Positions 48,163 to 57,200 of a stretch of DNA of 64,000 nt are shown here, piece after piece. Origin of the DNA: an uncultured Alphaproteobacteria bacterium (GTDB lineage: Bacteria > Pseudomonadota > Alphaproteobacteria > MPNO01 > UBA830); the NCBI GenBank assembly GCA_913047365.1, contig CAJWUK010000001.1:6413-70412 (forward strand), read 5' to 3'. The position numbers were made by a program, and so were the translations under genes. Every line of letters starts with the position of its first letter. The stretch's first letter is position 1. The notes beneath the pieces were generated by a model. The model was not told where the DNA came from. It did no database searches and saw nothing but the letters and a program-made list of their open reading frames with translations.

Positions 48163-49566
48163 ATGCCCGATCAGTCATTTCGCACGTTCATCAAGAACCT
48201 GGAACAACAGGGCGAACTGATCAATTTCACCAAGCAAGTCGACCCGGCTACCGATATGGCAGCCGTGGAATGGAAGACCTTTAACGAGCTCGGCAAGGCC
48301 AGCCTGTTTTCGAACCTCAAAGGCCACGAAAACTGGCAGGCCGTAAGTGAAATTCTGGCAGATCGAAAAAAATGGGCTATTGGGCTGGGCGTGAACGAAG
48401 ACGACATTCTTGAGGAGATGAGCGACCGGCTGAAGAACACGGTGAAAACCGTGGATGTCGATGCGGACAATGCTCCAGTGCAGGAGGTCGTGTTCGAAGG
48501 CGACGACGTCAATATTCTGGACGTTCCGGCGATGATGACCTCTGAAGAGGATGGCGGACGATACTTCGCGTCCGGCATGGCGATCGTGAAAGATCCCGAA
48601 ACCGGCATTCGCAACATGTCGGTCCACCGCCAGATGGTACTGAACGAACGCGAAACCGGGTTCATCATGGTCCCGCGCCAGGCAAAACGGATTTACGATA
48701 AATATGCCGCCGAGGGCCGCGGTATGCCTGTTGCCATGGTCTATGGCGCGCACCCGGCGATTTTTTACGGCGCCGGATTCACCACATCTTTTGGTAAGGA
48801 CGAACTGGAAGTCGCCGGATCCCTGATGGGCGAAGGCGTTCGCATGGTGAAGTGCAAAACCATCGATCTGGAGGTGCCGGCCGAGGCCGAACTGGTGCTG
48901 GAAGGAGAAGTCCTGTTCGACCGGATGGAACCGGAAGGCCCGTTCGGCGAAATTCCGGGAACCTACGCGGAGGCCACGCAATCCCATGTTTTCCGGGTGA
49001 ACTGTATGACCCGGCGAAAGGACCCTATTTTCTATGCGGTCCATTGCGGGTACCCGACGACCGATACCCAGGGCACCATGGCACTGGGCATTGAGATCGC
49101 GACCAAAGAACAGCTTCGTAACGTGGAAGGCGGTCTCGACCTGCTTGACGTGCGCTGTCACCCGTCCGCCGGGATGATGATGGTGGTGCTCAAGATCCGT
49201 CCCCGGGTGGAAGGCCAGGCCAAGACAGCCCTTATGGCGGCGCTATCCGGGGCGTATCTGCATCCGAAACTGGCGATTGCGGTCGATGACGATATTGATG
49301 CGAACGATCTGCGCCAGATCATGTGGTCGATGACCACGCGGGTTCATGCCGAGCGGGATATCGTGATGATTCCCAATACCCGCGTGTTCGCGCTGGATAA
49401 TGTGTCGCCGGTCGTGCCGGGACAGAACAGCTTTCACCGTATCGGCACCAAATGGCTGATCGATGCCACCAAGCCCGCGATCACACAGGTTAAAGAACGT
49501 GAACGGTTCGAACGCGCCATGCCGCGCAATTTCGACAAGGTAGATCTGGACGAATTTCTACCCTGA
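48163..49566 (+). CDS. UbiD family (prFMN-dependent) decarboxylase, second copy
   Basis: 467 aa; UbiD-family layout, distinct sequence from the copy at 14736..16253. Confidence 0.8.
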   Translation: MPDQSFRTFIKNLEQQGELINFTKQVDPATDMAAVEWKTFNELGKASLFSNLKGHENWQAVSEILADRKKWAIGLGVNEDDILEEMSDRLKNTVKTVDVDADNAPVQEVVFEGDDVNILDVPAMMTSEEDGGRYFASGMAIVKDPETGIRNMSVHRQMVLNERETGFIMVPRQAKRIYDKYAAEGRGMPVAMVYGAHPAIFYGAGFTTSFGKDELEVAGSLMGEGVRMVKCKTIDLEVPAEAELVLEGEVLFDRMEPEGPFGEIPGTYAEATQSHVFRVNCMTRRKDPIFYAVHCGYPTTDTQGTMALGIEIATKEQLRNVEGGLDLLDVRCHPSAGMMMVVLKIRPRVEGQAKTALMAALSGAYLHPKLAIAVDDDIDANDLRQIMWSMTTRVHAERDIVMIPNTRVFALDNVSPVVPGQNSFHRIGTKWLIDATKPAITQVKERERFERAMPRNFDKVDLDEFLP

Positions 49567-49618
49567 TCAAGCCCTCTGCTTAAACCACTAACGTTCGATC
49601 TGAACAGGCACGGTTTCA

Positions 49619-49762
49619 CGACCCGGGCTGCAAATGTAGACGGATTTTTACTGTATGACCGTCACGGACTTTGCGCTCGAGGCGATACCCTTCGATCAAC
49701 CCCGCAATATGACGGATTAGGGTGGATTTTCCGGAACCAGAGGCCCCGATAAGACCGCTAGG
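49619..49762 (-). pseudogene. ABC transporter ATP-binding protein remnant (Walker A region only)
   Basis: Minus-frame translation *PSGLIGASGSGKSTLIRHIAGLIEGYRLERKVRDGHTVKIRLHLQPGS*: intact Walker A GASGSGKST with no start codon and stops 48 codons apart. Just upstream (49761..49886, other frame) lies a short hydrophobic reading (...VFALVKRPVFALYVSFALIGSGASGLLYQLWLT*). Confidence 0.45.
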
Positions 49763-49888
49763 TCAGCCAGAGTTGATATAGCAATCCCGAAGCTCCCGAG
49801 CCGATCAGAGCGAACGAAACATACAGCGCGAAGACCGGCCGTTTGACCAGCGCAAAGACGGTTGATCGGAGTTCTTTTAGCGTTGCGC

Positions 49889-50632
49889 TCAGGCAGCAAT
49901 CCCCGGCGGCAGCAGGCGTTCTTCTTTCAACACGTACTCCCGATAGATTTCAGTAATGGATTCCCACCGCAGCATGCAGGCTTCCTCGCACACCTCCAGC
50001 GCGCGATCGGCGACACTGGGGGAATCGATGTACTTTTCGCAAAGTTCCATCTGGCGTTCGCTGTGCTCCTCGTCGGCCTCCGCGTGCTCAACGAAAAATG
50101 CGATTTCCTTCGCGTCCCTATCGAACCCGTAATGTTCGACGAAGGACGGAATGGTCACTTCCTTGTTGAGCGCGGGTTGCTGGCCTTCCTGGGTTGCCTG
50201 CATGGCCAGGGTCACACCCAGGGCTTCGTCCCGCAGGGTATGTGCGTAGTGCAGCCGGCGTGCATGCCAGGCGGGTCCGATGGTGAGGTTCTTCACCTCG
50301 TCGTCACCAAGGCCTGCGGCGTTGCAGAAATCGAATATCATCCGCGTGTGGTCATGAGGTTCATGCCCTGGGCGCGGAATAGCGACAAGGCCCTCCTCCT
50401 CCGCCAAGTTTTCGATTACCGCGTGTTTCACATCCTGCGGCCCCTTCCAGAGCAGGAACCCAAAGGATGGCAGTGCTAGCTCAACGAACTTGTAGTGGCT
50501 CGCCATGTAAACGCCCAGCGGATAAAGGTCCAACGACCCGTCCAGCATCTTCTGAAAGAACGGATGGTTCTTCGTATGCCACTTGTCGCGGATTGCGATG
50601 ATATCGTTCGCAATGGATTTGTTATCAACCAT
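49889..50632 (-). CDS. TenA/PqqC-family protein (heme-oxygenase-like fold)
   Basis: 247 aa; HPFFQKMLDGSL...YMASHYKFVE helical motif pattern of the PqqC/TenA/CADD superfamily; exact subfamily not resolved. Confidence 0.55.
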   Translation of the reverse strand: MVDNKSIANDIIAIRDKWHTKNHPFFQKMLDGSLDLYPLGVYMASHYKFVELALPSFGFLLWKGPQDVKHAVIENLAEEEGLVAIPRPGHEPHDHTRMIFDFCNAAGLGDDEVKNLTIGPAWHARRLHYAHTLRDEALGVTLAMQATQEGQQPALNKEVTIPSFVEHYGFDRDAKEIAFFVEHAEADEEHSERQMELCEKYIDSPSVADRALEVCEEACMLRWESITEIYREYVLKEERLLPPGIAA

Positions 50633-50679
50633 TTTCGTCTCCCTAAAACGATTTTGAACCTCTGTTTTCGTCGCCGATG

Positions 50680-51495
50680 TTACATGCTGAGCCCCGGTTT
50701 ATCGACCGCATACTGTTCCAACTCTCTGGTGATGATGTCGAATGCTTCGTCCACAGTATCAACGATCTGAAACAGATCCAGATCCGCCGGGCTGATGGTG
50801 CCGAACTCGACCAGCGCATGAAAATCGACCACCCGGTCCCAGAAATCCGATCCGAATAGCAAAATGGGCATTTTTTTCTTCATTTTGCCGGTCTGGATAA
50901 GCGTCAATCCTTCGAACAACTCATCAAGCGTGCCAAAACCGCCGGGCATGATGACCATTGCCTTGGCGAGATACAAAAACCAGAATTTACGCGTAAAAAA
51001 GTAATGAAACTCGAAGGCCAGTTTGCGCGTCACGTAGGGATTGACGTGTTGTTCGAACGGCAGGGAAATGCCGAGACCGATATTCTCTCCCTTTGCCTCC
51101 GACGCGCCTCTGTTGGCAGCTTCCATAATGCCGGGACCGCCACCTGAACAGATGACGAAGCGGCGATCCGTTTCCTGCAGGTTTTTTGACCATTCGGTCA
51201 GGCGGTGCGCCAGTTCGCGGGTGGCTTCGTAATAGCGTGACATTTTGAGATCCGCCTTCGCGCGGGCCAGATCGCCCCCACCTGCATCCGCGGCTTTCAG
51301 ACGTCTCCTAGCTTCATCCCGCGATACCAAGCGCGCGGAACCGAATACCAGAATCGTATCCTTGACGTTGAATTCCTCGAACCGGTCCTGCGGTTCCAGG
51401 TACTCCGCCAGTATGCGCAATGGCCGCGCTTCGGGGGAAGCGATGAACTCAGGGTCGCGATAGGCCCGCGGCGGCTTGATACCGTCTTTTGACAT
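50680..51495 (-). CDS. LOG family protein (TIGR00730 Rossmann-fold nucleotide N-glycosidase type)
   Basis: 271 aa; CSGGGPGIMEAANRGA and PGGFGTLDELFE signature motifs of LOG proteins. Confidence 0.85.
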   Translation of the reverse strand: MSKDGIKPPRAYRDPEFIASPEARPLRILAEYLEPQDRFEEFNVKDTILVFGSARLVSRDEARRRLKAADAGGGDLARAKADLKMSRYYEATRELAHRLTEWSKNLQETDRRFVICSGGGPGIMEAANRGASEAKGENIGLGISLPFEQHVNPYVTRKLAFEFHYFFTRKFWFLYLAKAMVIMPGGFGTLDELFEGLTLIQTGKMKKKMPILLFGSDFWDRVVDFHALVEFGTISPADLDLFQIVDTVDEAFDIITRELEQYAVDKPGLSM

Positions 51496-51517
51496 TATTT
51501 CTCCGAAACCTCTTGTG

Positions 51518-52480
51518 TCAGGCGTTCTGTAACTTAGCCGCCAGGAATGCCGCCCCGTCTTCCGCGGCCTTCACGGCAAGATCTATTCCGCCCAGCATGA
51601 ACATGAAACCGTGGATCGTGTTCGGAATGGCGTTAAACACCGCCTCCACCCCCGCTTCCTTCAAGGCATCAACGAACAGCGCGTTGTCGTCGTGGCGGGG
51701 GTCATAACCGGCGGTCATCAGGTACGTCGGCGGCAAAACACTGAAATCAACCATTTTTAATGGTGCGACGCGCGGATCAGCCATGTCCTCCGGTCCGTTC
51801 AGATAGTGACCCATGGACCATTTCATCAACGCGCTGTCCAAAAAATATCCTTCCGACAGGCGCTTCATTGACTCAGTCGGCGGTCCGCCCGCCGTACCGG
51901 GATACCAGAGCATAAGCTGAACCGGCCTGGGGCCGCCGCGCTCCGCAGCCATGGCGCAGATGGCGATGGCCATGGTGCCGCCGGAGGAATCCCCTCCAAC
52001 CGCGATCTTCGACCGATCGGCACCGATGCGCGCCGCATTCTCCGACGTCCAGACAAGTGCCGCGTAGGAATCTTCATGGGCTGCGGGAAACTTGTGTTCG
52101 GGTGACAGGCGATAATCGAAGGACAAGACCAGACATCCCGCGTCCCGGCAGATCAGACGGCAGAAACTGTCGTGGGTGTCGATGCTGCCGAAAACGTATC
52201 CGCCGGCATGGACGAACACCAGGATCGGCAATGGATCACTGGAAGAGCCGGGCCGGTATAGCCGGGCGGGAATTTCCACGCCTGTTTCACCACCGGGGAT
52301 TTGGAAATCTTCGACGCCTGCGACCTCAGGTTTAGGATTGAGATCCCATCTGGCGACGAAATCCTCAATGGAAGCCCGCGCGGCCGGCGGTTCCAGATCG
52401 GAAACCGGTACTGCATCCGGCCCCGATAAATCTTCGAGCACCAGTGCCGTCTGGGGATCGAGATCGCTTGTTTCCGTCAT
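51518..52480 (-). CDS. alpha/beta hydrolase fold-3 esterase/lipase (HSL-like)
   Basis: 320 aa; oxyanion HAGGYVFGS (HGGG type) and nucleophile GDSSGG motifs of the hormone-sensitive-lipase family. Confidence 0.85.
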   Translation of the reverse strand: MTETSDLDPQTALVLEDLSGPDAVPVSDLEPPAARASIEDFVARWDLNPKPEVAGVEDFQIPGGETGVEIPARLYRPGSSSDPLPILVFVHAGGYVFGSIDTHDSFCRLICRDAGCLVLSFDYRLSPEHKFPAAHEDSYAALVWTSENAARIGADRSKIAVGGDSSGGTMAIAICAMAAERGGPRPVQLMLWYPGTAGGPPTESMKRLSEGYFLDSALMKWSMGHYLNGPEDMADPRVAPLKMVDFSVLPPTYLMTAGYDPRHDDNALFVDALKEAGVEAVFNAIPNTIHGFMFMLGGIDLAVKAAEDGAAFLAAKLQNA

Positions 52481-52569
52481 TTATCAGAACCTCTTTAACC
52501 TGCCACGAATAATACCACAGGCTGAGAGTGGATTTCTCATGTACATCTGCGTGAGATACAATCCGGCAC

Positions 52570-53559
52570 ATGACTGACAAACCGATCTGGATCACCGAAG
52601 CCGACGTTGTCGAATTGATCAGCCTGCCCGAAGCAATCGACGCGCTGGAACGGACACTGGCGCTGGAAGCATCGGATCAGGCCGCCAGCATGGCCAAAAC
52701 TCACCTGATGGTCGCTGACAACGATGCCATGCACGCGATCGGGGGTGCGGCATCCGGCGCCGGAATTTGCGGTTTCAAGACCTGGATCAACGTTCAGGGA
52801 AAATCCGAAACCACGATGACCTTGTTTTCCATGGAGAACGGCGCCTGCCTGGCCTTGGTGGAAGCCACCGCTCTTGGCCAGATGCGGACCGCAGCGGTAA
52901 CGGGTGTGGGGACCAAACGGCTTGCCCCGAAAGACGCCGACAACCTTGCTATCGTGGGAACGGGAAAACAGTCCCTGCCCCAGATCGCCGCGGTCCATGC
53001 GGTACGGCCCCTGAAGGAAGTACGGGTATCCAGCCGGAACCCCGAAACACGGCGGACATTTGCGGAAAATGTGACCGCGACATTGGGAATCCCGACACGC
53101 CCGGTCGGTACGCTGGAAGAAGCCGTGACGGATTCACCGCTTGTCACCCTGATCACCAATTCGACCAAGGCATTTCTGACCGGCGACATGCTGGCCAGGG
53201 GCTGCCACCTGAACGCCATGGGCGCGATCGTACCGTCGCGCGCGGAATTTACAGAGGACGTGTTCGACCGGGCAGATGTCATTGCAGTGGATTCGCTCCG
53301 CAGCGTGCAGGATCTCTCTACCGAGTTCCGCAACCGCTTCGGCACAGACGAAGACGGCTGGGACAGTGTGCAGACCATCGCGTCGGTCATCGCAGCGGAT
53401 GAAACCCGACCCGACGGGGCGGACATCACGCTCTATAAAGCCATGGGCATGGGCCTGTCTGATCTGGCTCTCGCAATCGAAATACTTGAGCGCGCCCAGA
53501 AAGCCGGGCGCGGTCACAAAGTGCCGGACCGGGTAAAACTGCCGCCCCGGCTGCAATGA
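52570..53559 (+). CDS. ornithine cyclodeaminase/mu-crystallin family protein
   Basis: 329 aa; NAD-binding region LAIVGTGKQ and overall OCD layout. Confidence 0.85.
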   Translation: MTDKPIWITEADVVELISLPEAIDALERTLALEASDQAASMAKTHLMVADNDAMHAIGGAASGAGICGFKTWINVQGKSETTMTLFSMENGACLALVEATALGQMRTAAVTGVGTKRLAPKDADNLAIVGTGKQSLPQIAAVHAVRPLKEVRVSSRNPETRRTFAENVTATLGIPTRPVGTLEEAVTDSPLVTLITNSTKAFLTGDMLARGCHLNAMGAIVPSRAEFTEDVFDRADVIAVDSLRSVQDLSTEFRNRFGTDEDGWDSVQTIASVIAADETRPDGADITLYKAMGMGLSDLALAIEILERAQKAGRGHKVPDRVKLPPRLQ

Positions 53560-55070
53560 AACAGGACGCCGCAATAATGGAATACGACGTTATCGTCGTG
53601 GGCAGTGGCAGCGCCGGACTTGCCGCCGCAATTTCTGCCGCCGAACACGGCGCGAAGACCCTGATGCTGGAAAAAAATCCTGAACTGGGCGGAACAACGG
53701 GTTGGTCGGTCGGATCCATCACCACCAGCGCCTCCCCCCACCAGCGCAGCCAGGACATCTACGACACGCCGGACGACCACTTCGAGGATATGGAACTGTT
53801 CCATGGCGAACGCTTGCAAGCGCGGGACAACCTCGCCCTGCGACGGTTGCTGGTGGACAACACGCCACCCACCTTTGACTGGCTTCTAAGCCTGGGTCTT
53901 GTGTTCTACGGTCCGATGCCGGAACCACCGCATACCCAGCCCCGCATGCACAACGTCCTTCCCAATTCACGGATGCTGATCCACCACCTGTCCGCGCGCG
54001 CGGAGAAACTGGGAGTAGAAATCCGCGTATCGGCGCCGATGGAGGATCTATTGGTCGAGGACGGCCAGGTAAAAGGTGTCGCCGTCAACGGCGAACGTCT
54101 GGACGCCAGTCGCGGCGTCATCCTGGCGGCAGGCGATTTTTCCTCCAACGCCGTTCTGAAAGATCGCTACATGCCGCCTAATATGGCGCGGGTGGAAGGC
54201 TTCAACCCCACAAGTACCGGCGACTGGCACGATCCGGTTACGGCATTGGGAGGGCGTATTCTGAACGGTGACGTGGCGCTGGGACCGGAAATCCGTTTCC
54301 GTCCGCCGGAGAAAATGACCCTCGTGCGCAAATTGCCGCCCTGGCTGTGGCTGGCGCGCCTTGTTCGCTGGGCAATCGATCACATGCCGCCAAAATTCTT
54401 GCGGCCGTTCGTATTGGGCTTCTTGACCACGGCCCTGATGCCGTCGCTGGATCTGTATCGGCAGGGCGCGCTGCTGATAAACCGGAACGGCGACAGATTT
54501 TGCGACGAAACAGAGGCACCATCCGATTATATGCCGGACCAGCCAGAGGCTGAGGCCTTCGTAGTGATGGACGGAAAACTGGCGGCTCTGTTCCAGTCCT
54601 GGCCGAATTTTATCTCCACCGCGCCGGGCATCGCCTATGCGTACCTGGACGATTATCGACGTAATCGGCCGGATATATATTTCCAGGCCAACACGTTGAC
54701 CGAGTTGGCCGAGAAAACCGGCATGGATGCCCAAAAACTGAAAACCGCCCTCGCAAAGTACAACGAAACCGACGCCGGCGGCGCGCGGCTTTCCTGCACT
54801 GAACCGCCCTTCATCGCGCTTGGGCCGGTACGGTCCTACATCATGACCACGGACGGCGGATTGGCCGTGAACGAAAACCTGCAGGTTCTGGGCGAAAACG
54901 ACGTGCCGATCCCCGGCCTCTACGCGGCAGGATCAAACGGCCAGGGCGGGCTGCTTCTGGAGGGGCATGGCCACCATCTCGGATGGGGTTTCACGTCGGG
55001 CAGGATCGCGGGCCGCCATGCGGCCACCCGGGGTCAGGGGGAAGGCAGTTCAACCGACCAGGCGTCATAG
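53556..55070 (+). CDS. FAD-binding dehydrogenase (fumarate-reductase/KstD-like flavoprotein)
   Basis: 504 aa; DVIVVGSGSAGLAAA FAD fold, C-terminal GLYAAGSNGQGG; start overlaps OCD stop (ATGA). Alternative start at ATG 53577. Confidence 0.75.
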   Translation: MKQDAAIMEYDVIVVGSGSAGLAAAISAAEHGAKTLMLEKNPELGGTTGWSVGSITTSASPHQRSQDIYDTPDDHFEDMELFHGERLQARDNLALRRLLVDNTPPTFDWLLSLGLVFYGPMPEPPHTQPRMHNVLPNSRMLIHHLSARAEKLGVEIRVSAPMEDLLVEDGQVKGVAVNGERLDASRGVILAAGDFSSNAVLKDRYMPPNMARVEGFNPTSTGDWHDPVTALGGRILNGDVALGPEIRFRPPEKMTLVRKLPPWLWLARLVRWAIDHMPPKFLRPFVLGFLTTALMPSLDLYRQGALLINRNGDRFCDETEAPSDYMPDQPEAEAFVVMDGKLAALFQSWPNFISTAPGIAYAYLDDYRRNRPDIYFQANTLTELAEKTGMDAQKLKTALAKYNETDAGGARLSCTEPPFIALGPVRSYIMTTDGGLAVNENLQVLGENDVPIPGLYAAGSNGQGGLLLEGHGHHLGWGFTSGRIAGRHAATRGQGEGSSTDQAS

Positions 55071-56185
55071 CCATACACCCAGTCCGGGTCAGTTTTTTCT
55101 CGCATGAACTCGTTTTTGTGGGATGTCGCCTGCACCTTTGTGGTTCGCGGTTTGCGCGCCGCTTCGAAGCGCTGGAAGGCGGAGGGAATATCCTCCAGCC
55201 CGCCGCCCTCGAGACACCGCGACAGCACCACCGCATCCTCTAGAGCATTCGCCGCCCCCTGCGCCATGTAAGGCGTCATCGGATGACAGGCATCGCCCAT
55301 CAGTGTGACGTTGCCGTCATTCCACGTCGGCAGCGGATCGCGTTCGAAAATCGCCCATTTGTGCACGGCCTGACAGGCCCCGAGCACGGACCGGACGTCG
55401 TCATGAAATTCTGAAAACGCGTCCCGCAACTCGTTGACGTCGCCGGTGGCCGACCAAGACTCCACCTGAAAATCGGGTTCCGGTTGGCTGGTGGTGAAAT
55501 AAATCTCGTCGCGGTTTCGGGTGACGTAGTAGATGACGATATGCCGGTCCGGACCCCACCATTTGGCGCTGTCATCCATCAGCTTATAACCATTCATTTG
55601 CGATGCGGGAAAGGCCGTCCGATAAGCCAGGCGGCCGGTGAAGTGCGCGTCTTCCGCGCCCAGCATCCAGTCCCGGACCGGCGAATGCACGCCGTCGGAC
55701 GCAATCACCGCGTCGTATTTGACGGCCTCCCCGTTCTCGAAGCTCAGCGTCACGCCGCTGTCGTTCTGATCGATGCCAACAAGTGTGTGTGCGTAACAGA
55801 TGGTTTCCTCGGGCACCGCGCCGTGCAGCGCCGCGTGTAAATCCCCCCGGTGCATAAGAATATAAGGCACCCCATAGCGGTCGAACGCGTCGGGCCCAAG
55901 CGGATGATCGTTGGTAAGATTACCTGTGTCGTAATCCCGGTTGCGCCAGTGCGGCGGCTCGAACGCAGTGCGGCGAATAAATTCGCCGACGCCGATCCCG
56001 TAAAGCACCCGCATCGCATTGGGGCTCATCTGTATGCCCGCTCCTATCCGCGCAAAGGCCGGCGCCTGTTCATAGATCGTTGTTTCAATGCCCCTCTTCC
56101 TCAAACAGGCGGATACCGCCAGGCCGCCGATGCCGGCGCCGACGATCGCAATGGTGGGTTGGGAGGTTGACAAGGTGTCTCTCAA
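55034..56185 (-). CDS. FAD-dependent aromatic-ring monooxygenase (salicylate-hydroxylase family), second copy
   Basis: 383 aa; IAIVGAGIGGLA FAD fold, GDACHPMTPYMAQGA motif. 3' end overlaps the convergent FAD dehydrogenase by ~37 nt. Confidence 0.85.
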   Translation of the reverse strand: MRDTLSTSQPTIAIVGAGIGGLAVSACLRKRGIETTIYEQAPAFARIGAGIQMSPNAMRVLYGIGVGEFIRRTAFEPPHWRNRDYDTGNLTNDHPLGPDAFDRYGVPYILMHRGDLHAALHGAVPEETICYAHTLVGIDQNDSGVTLSFENGEAVKYDAVIASDGVHSPVRDWMLGAEDAHFTGRLAYRTAFPASQMNGYKLMDDSAKWWGPDRHIVIYYVTRNRDEIYFTTSQPEPDFQVESWSATGDVNELRDAFSEFHDDVRSVLGACQAVHKWAIFERDPLPTWNDGNVTLMGDACHPMTPYMAQGAANALEDAVVLSRCLEGGGLEDIPSAFQRFEAARKPRTTKVQATSHKNEFMREKTDPDWVYGYDAWSVELPSP

Positions 56186-57171
56186 TCCATCAACAGGACC
56201 GATTTCCCAACGATCTTGCGTTCTTCAAGCGCCTTGATGCCGTCCATGTATTGATCGAACGGCAGACGGTTCATGATGTTGGGGTCAACTTTGCCCGCAA
56301 GCAGCAGATCGTAAAGCGCGGCCTGGGCCTCGCCGATCAGCGGCGAGCCGTCCTTGATGTAATAGTTGATTGTTGAGCCCACCACGGAGATATTTTTCAG
56401 CAGCAGGTAGTTCGTTCGCACCGCAGGAATGGTACCGGAGGTAAAACCGGACACCACCACCCGGCCCTCGTTCGCGATGGCCCGCAAGGTGGAATCGAAC
56501 ACTTCGCCCCCGACCAAGTCGAAGGCCAGATCCACGCCGTGTTTGTCTGTCGCCGCCATGACCTGTGCGCGGAGATTGTCTTTCAGGTCGTCGACGGTCA
56601 GATCGATGATCGCATCCGCCCCCGCTGCCTTAACGGCATCGCCTTTCGACGGCGTGGTCAATCCGGCAAGAACGGTCTTCGCACCCAGTGCCTTCGCGAG
56701 GCTGACGGAGGCCAGCCCCACGCCGCCGGAAGCGCCGTTGATCATCACGACTTCACCTTCGCTCATCTGCCCTCGCCGGGTCAGCGCCAGATAACCGGTC
56801 AGATAGGCCAGGCCCATGGCTGCCGCCGCATCGAATTCGACGCCGTCCGGCAGCGAAAAGGCCAACGCGGCTGGGCACACGGTCTTTTCCGCCATTCCGC
56901 CGAAGATCACATGGGCAATCACCCGGTCGCCGACCTTGTGGTTAGAGACGTTGGCGCCAACGGCAGACACAATACCTGCCGCGTCTTTGCCCGGCGTAAA
57001 GGGCGGTTCGGGATTGTTCTGGTATTTGCCGTCGAGCGACAAAAAATCGGTAAAATTCACCCCGCAGGCTTTCACGTCGACTAGAACTTCATCATCGCCC
57101 GGTGTCGGGTCGGCGACATCCTCGATGGAAACGCTGCGGTTGGACGTATCGGTAATCACCACGGCCCGCAT
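56182..57171 (-). CDS. MDR superfamily NADPH:quinone oxidoreductase-like
   Basis: 329 aa; GASGGVG nucleotide-binding motif; stop overlaps downstream monooxygenase start. Confidence 0.8.
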   Translation of the reverse strand: MRAVVITDTSNRSVSIEDVADPTPGDDEVLVDVKACGVNFTDFLSLDGKYQNNPEPPFTPGKDAAGIVSAVGANVSNHKVGDRVIAHVIFGGMAEKTVCPAALAFSLPDGVEFDAAAAMGLAYLTGYLALTRRGQMSEGEVVMINGASGGVGLASVSLAKALGAKTVLAGLTTPSKGDAVKAAGADAIIDLTVDDLKDNLRAQVMAATDKHGVDLAFDLVGGEVFDSTLRAIANEGRVVVSGFTSGTIPAVRTNYLLLKNISVVGSTINYYIKDGSPLIGEAQAALYDLLLAGKVDPNIMNRLPFDQYMDGIKALEERKIVGKSVLLMD

Positions 57172-57200
57172 GGTTGTTCTCCCTTTTCTTCTTTCTTAAC

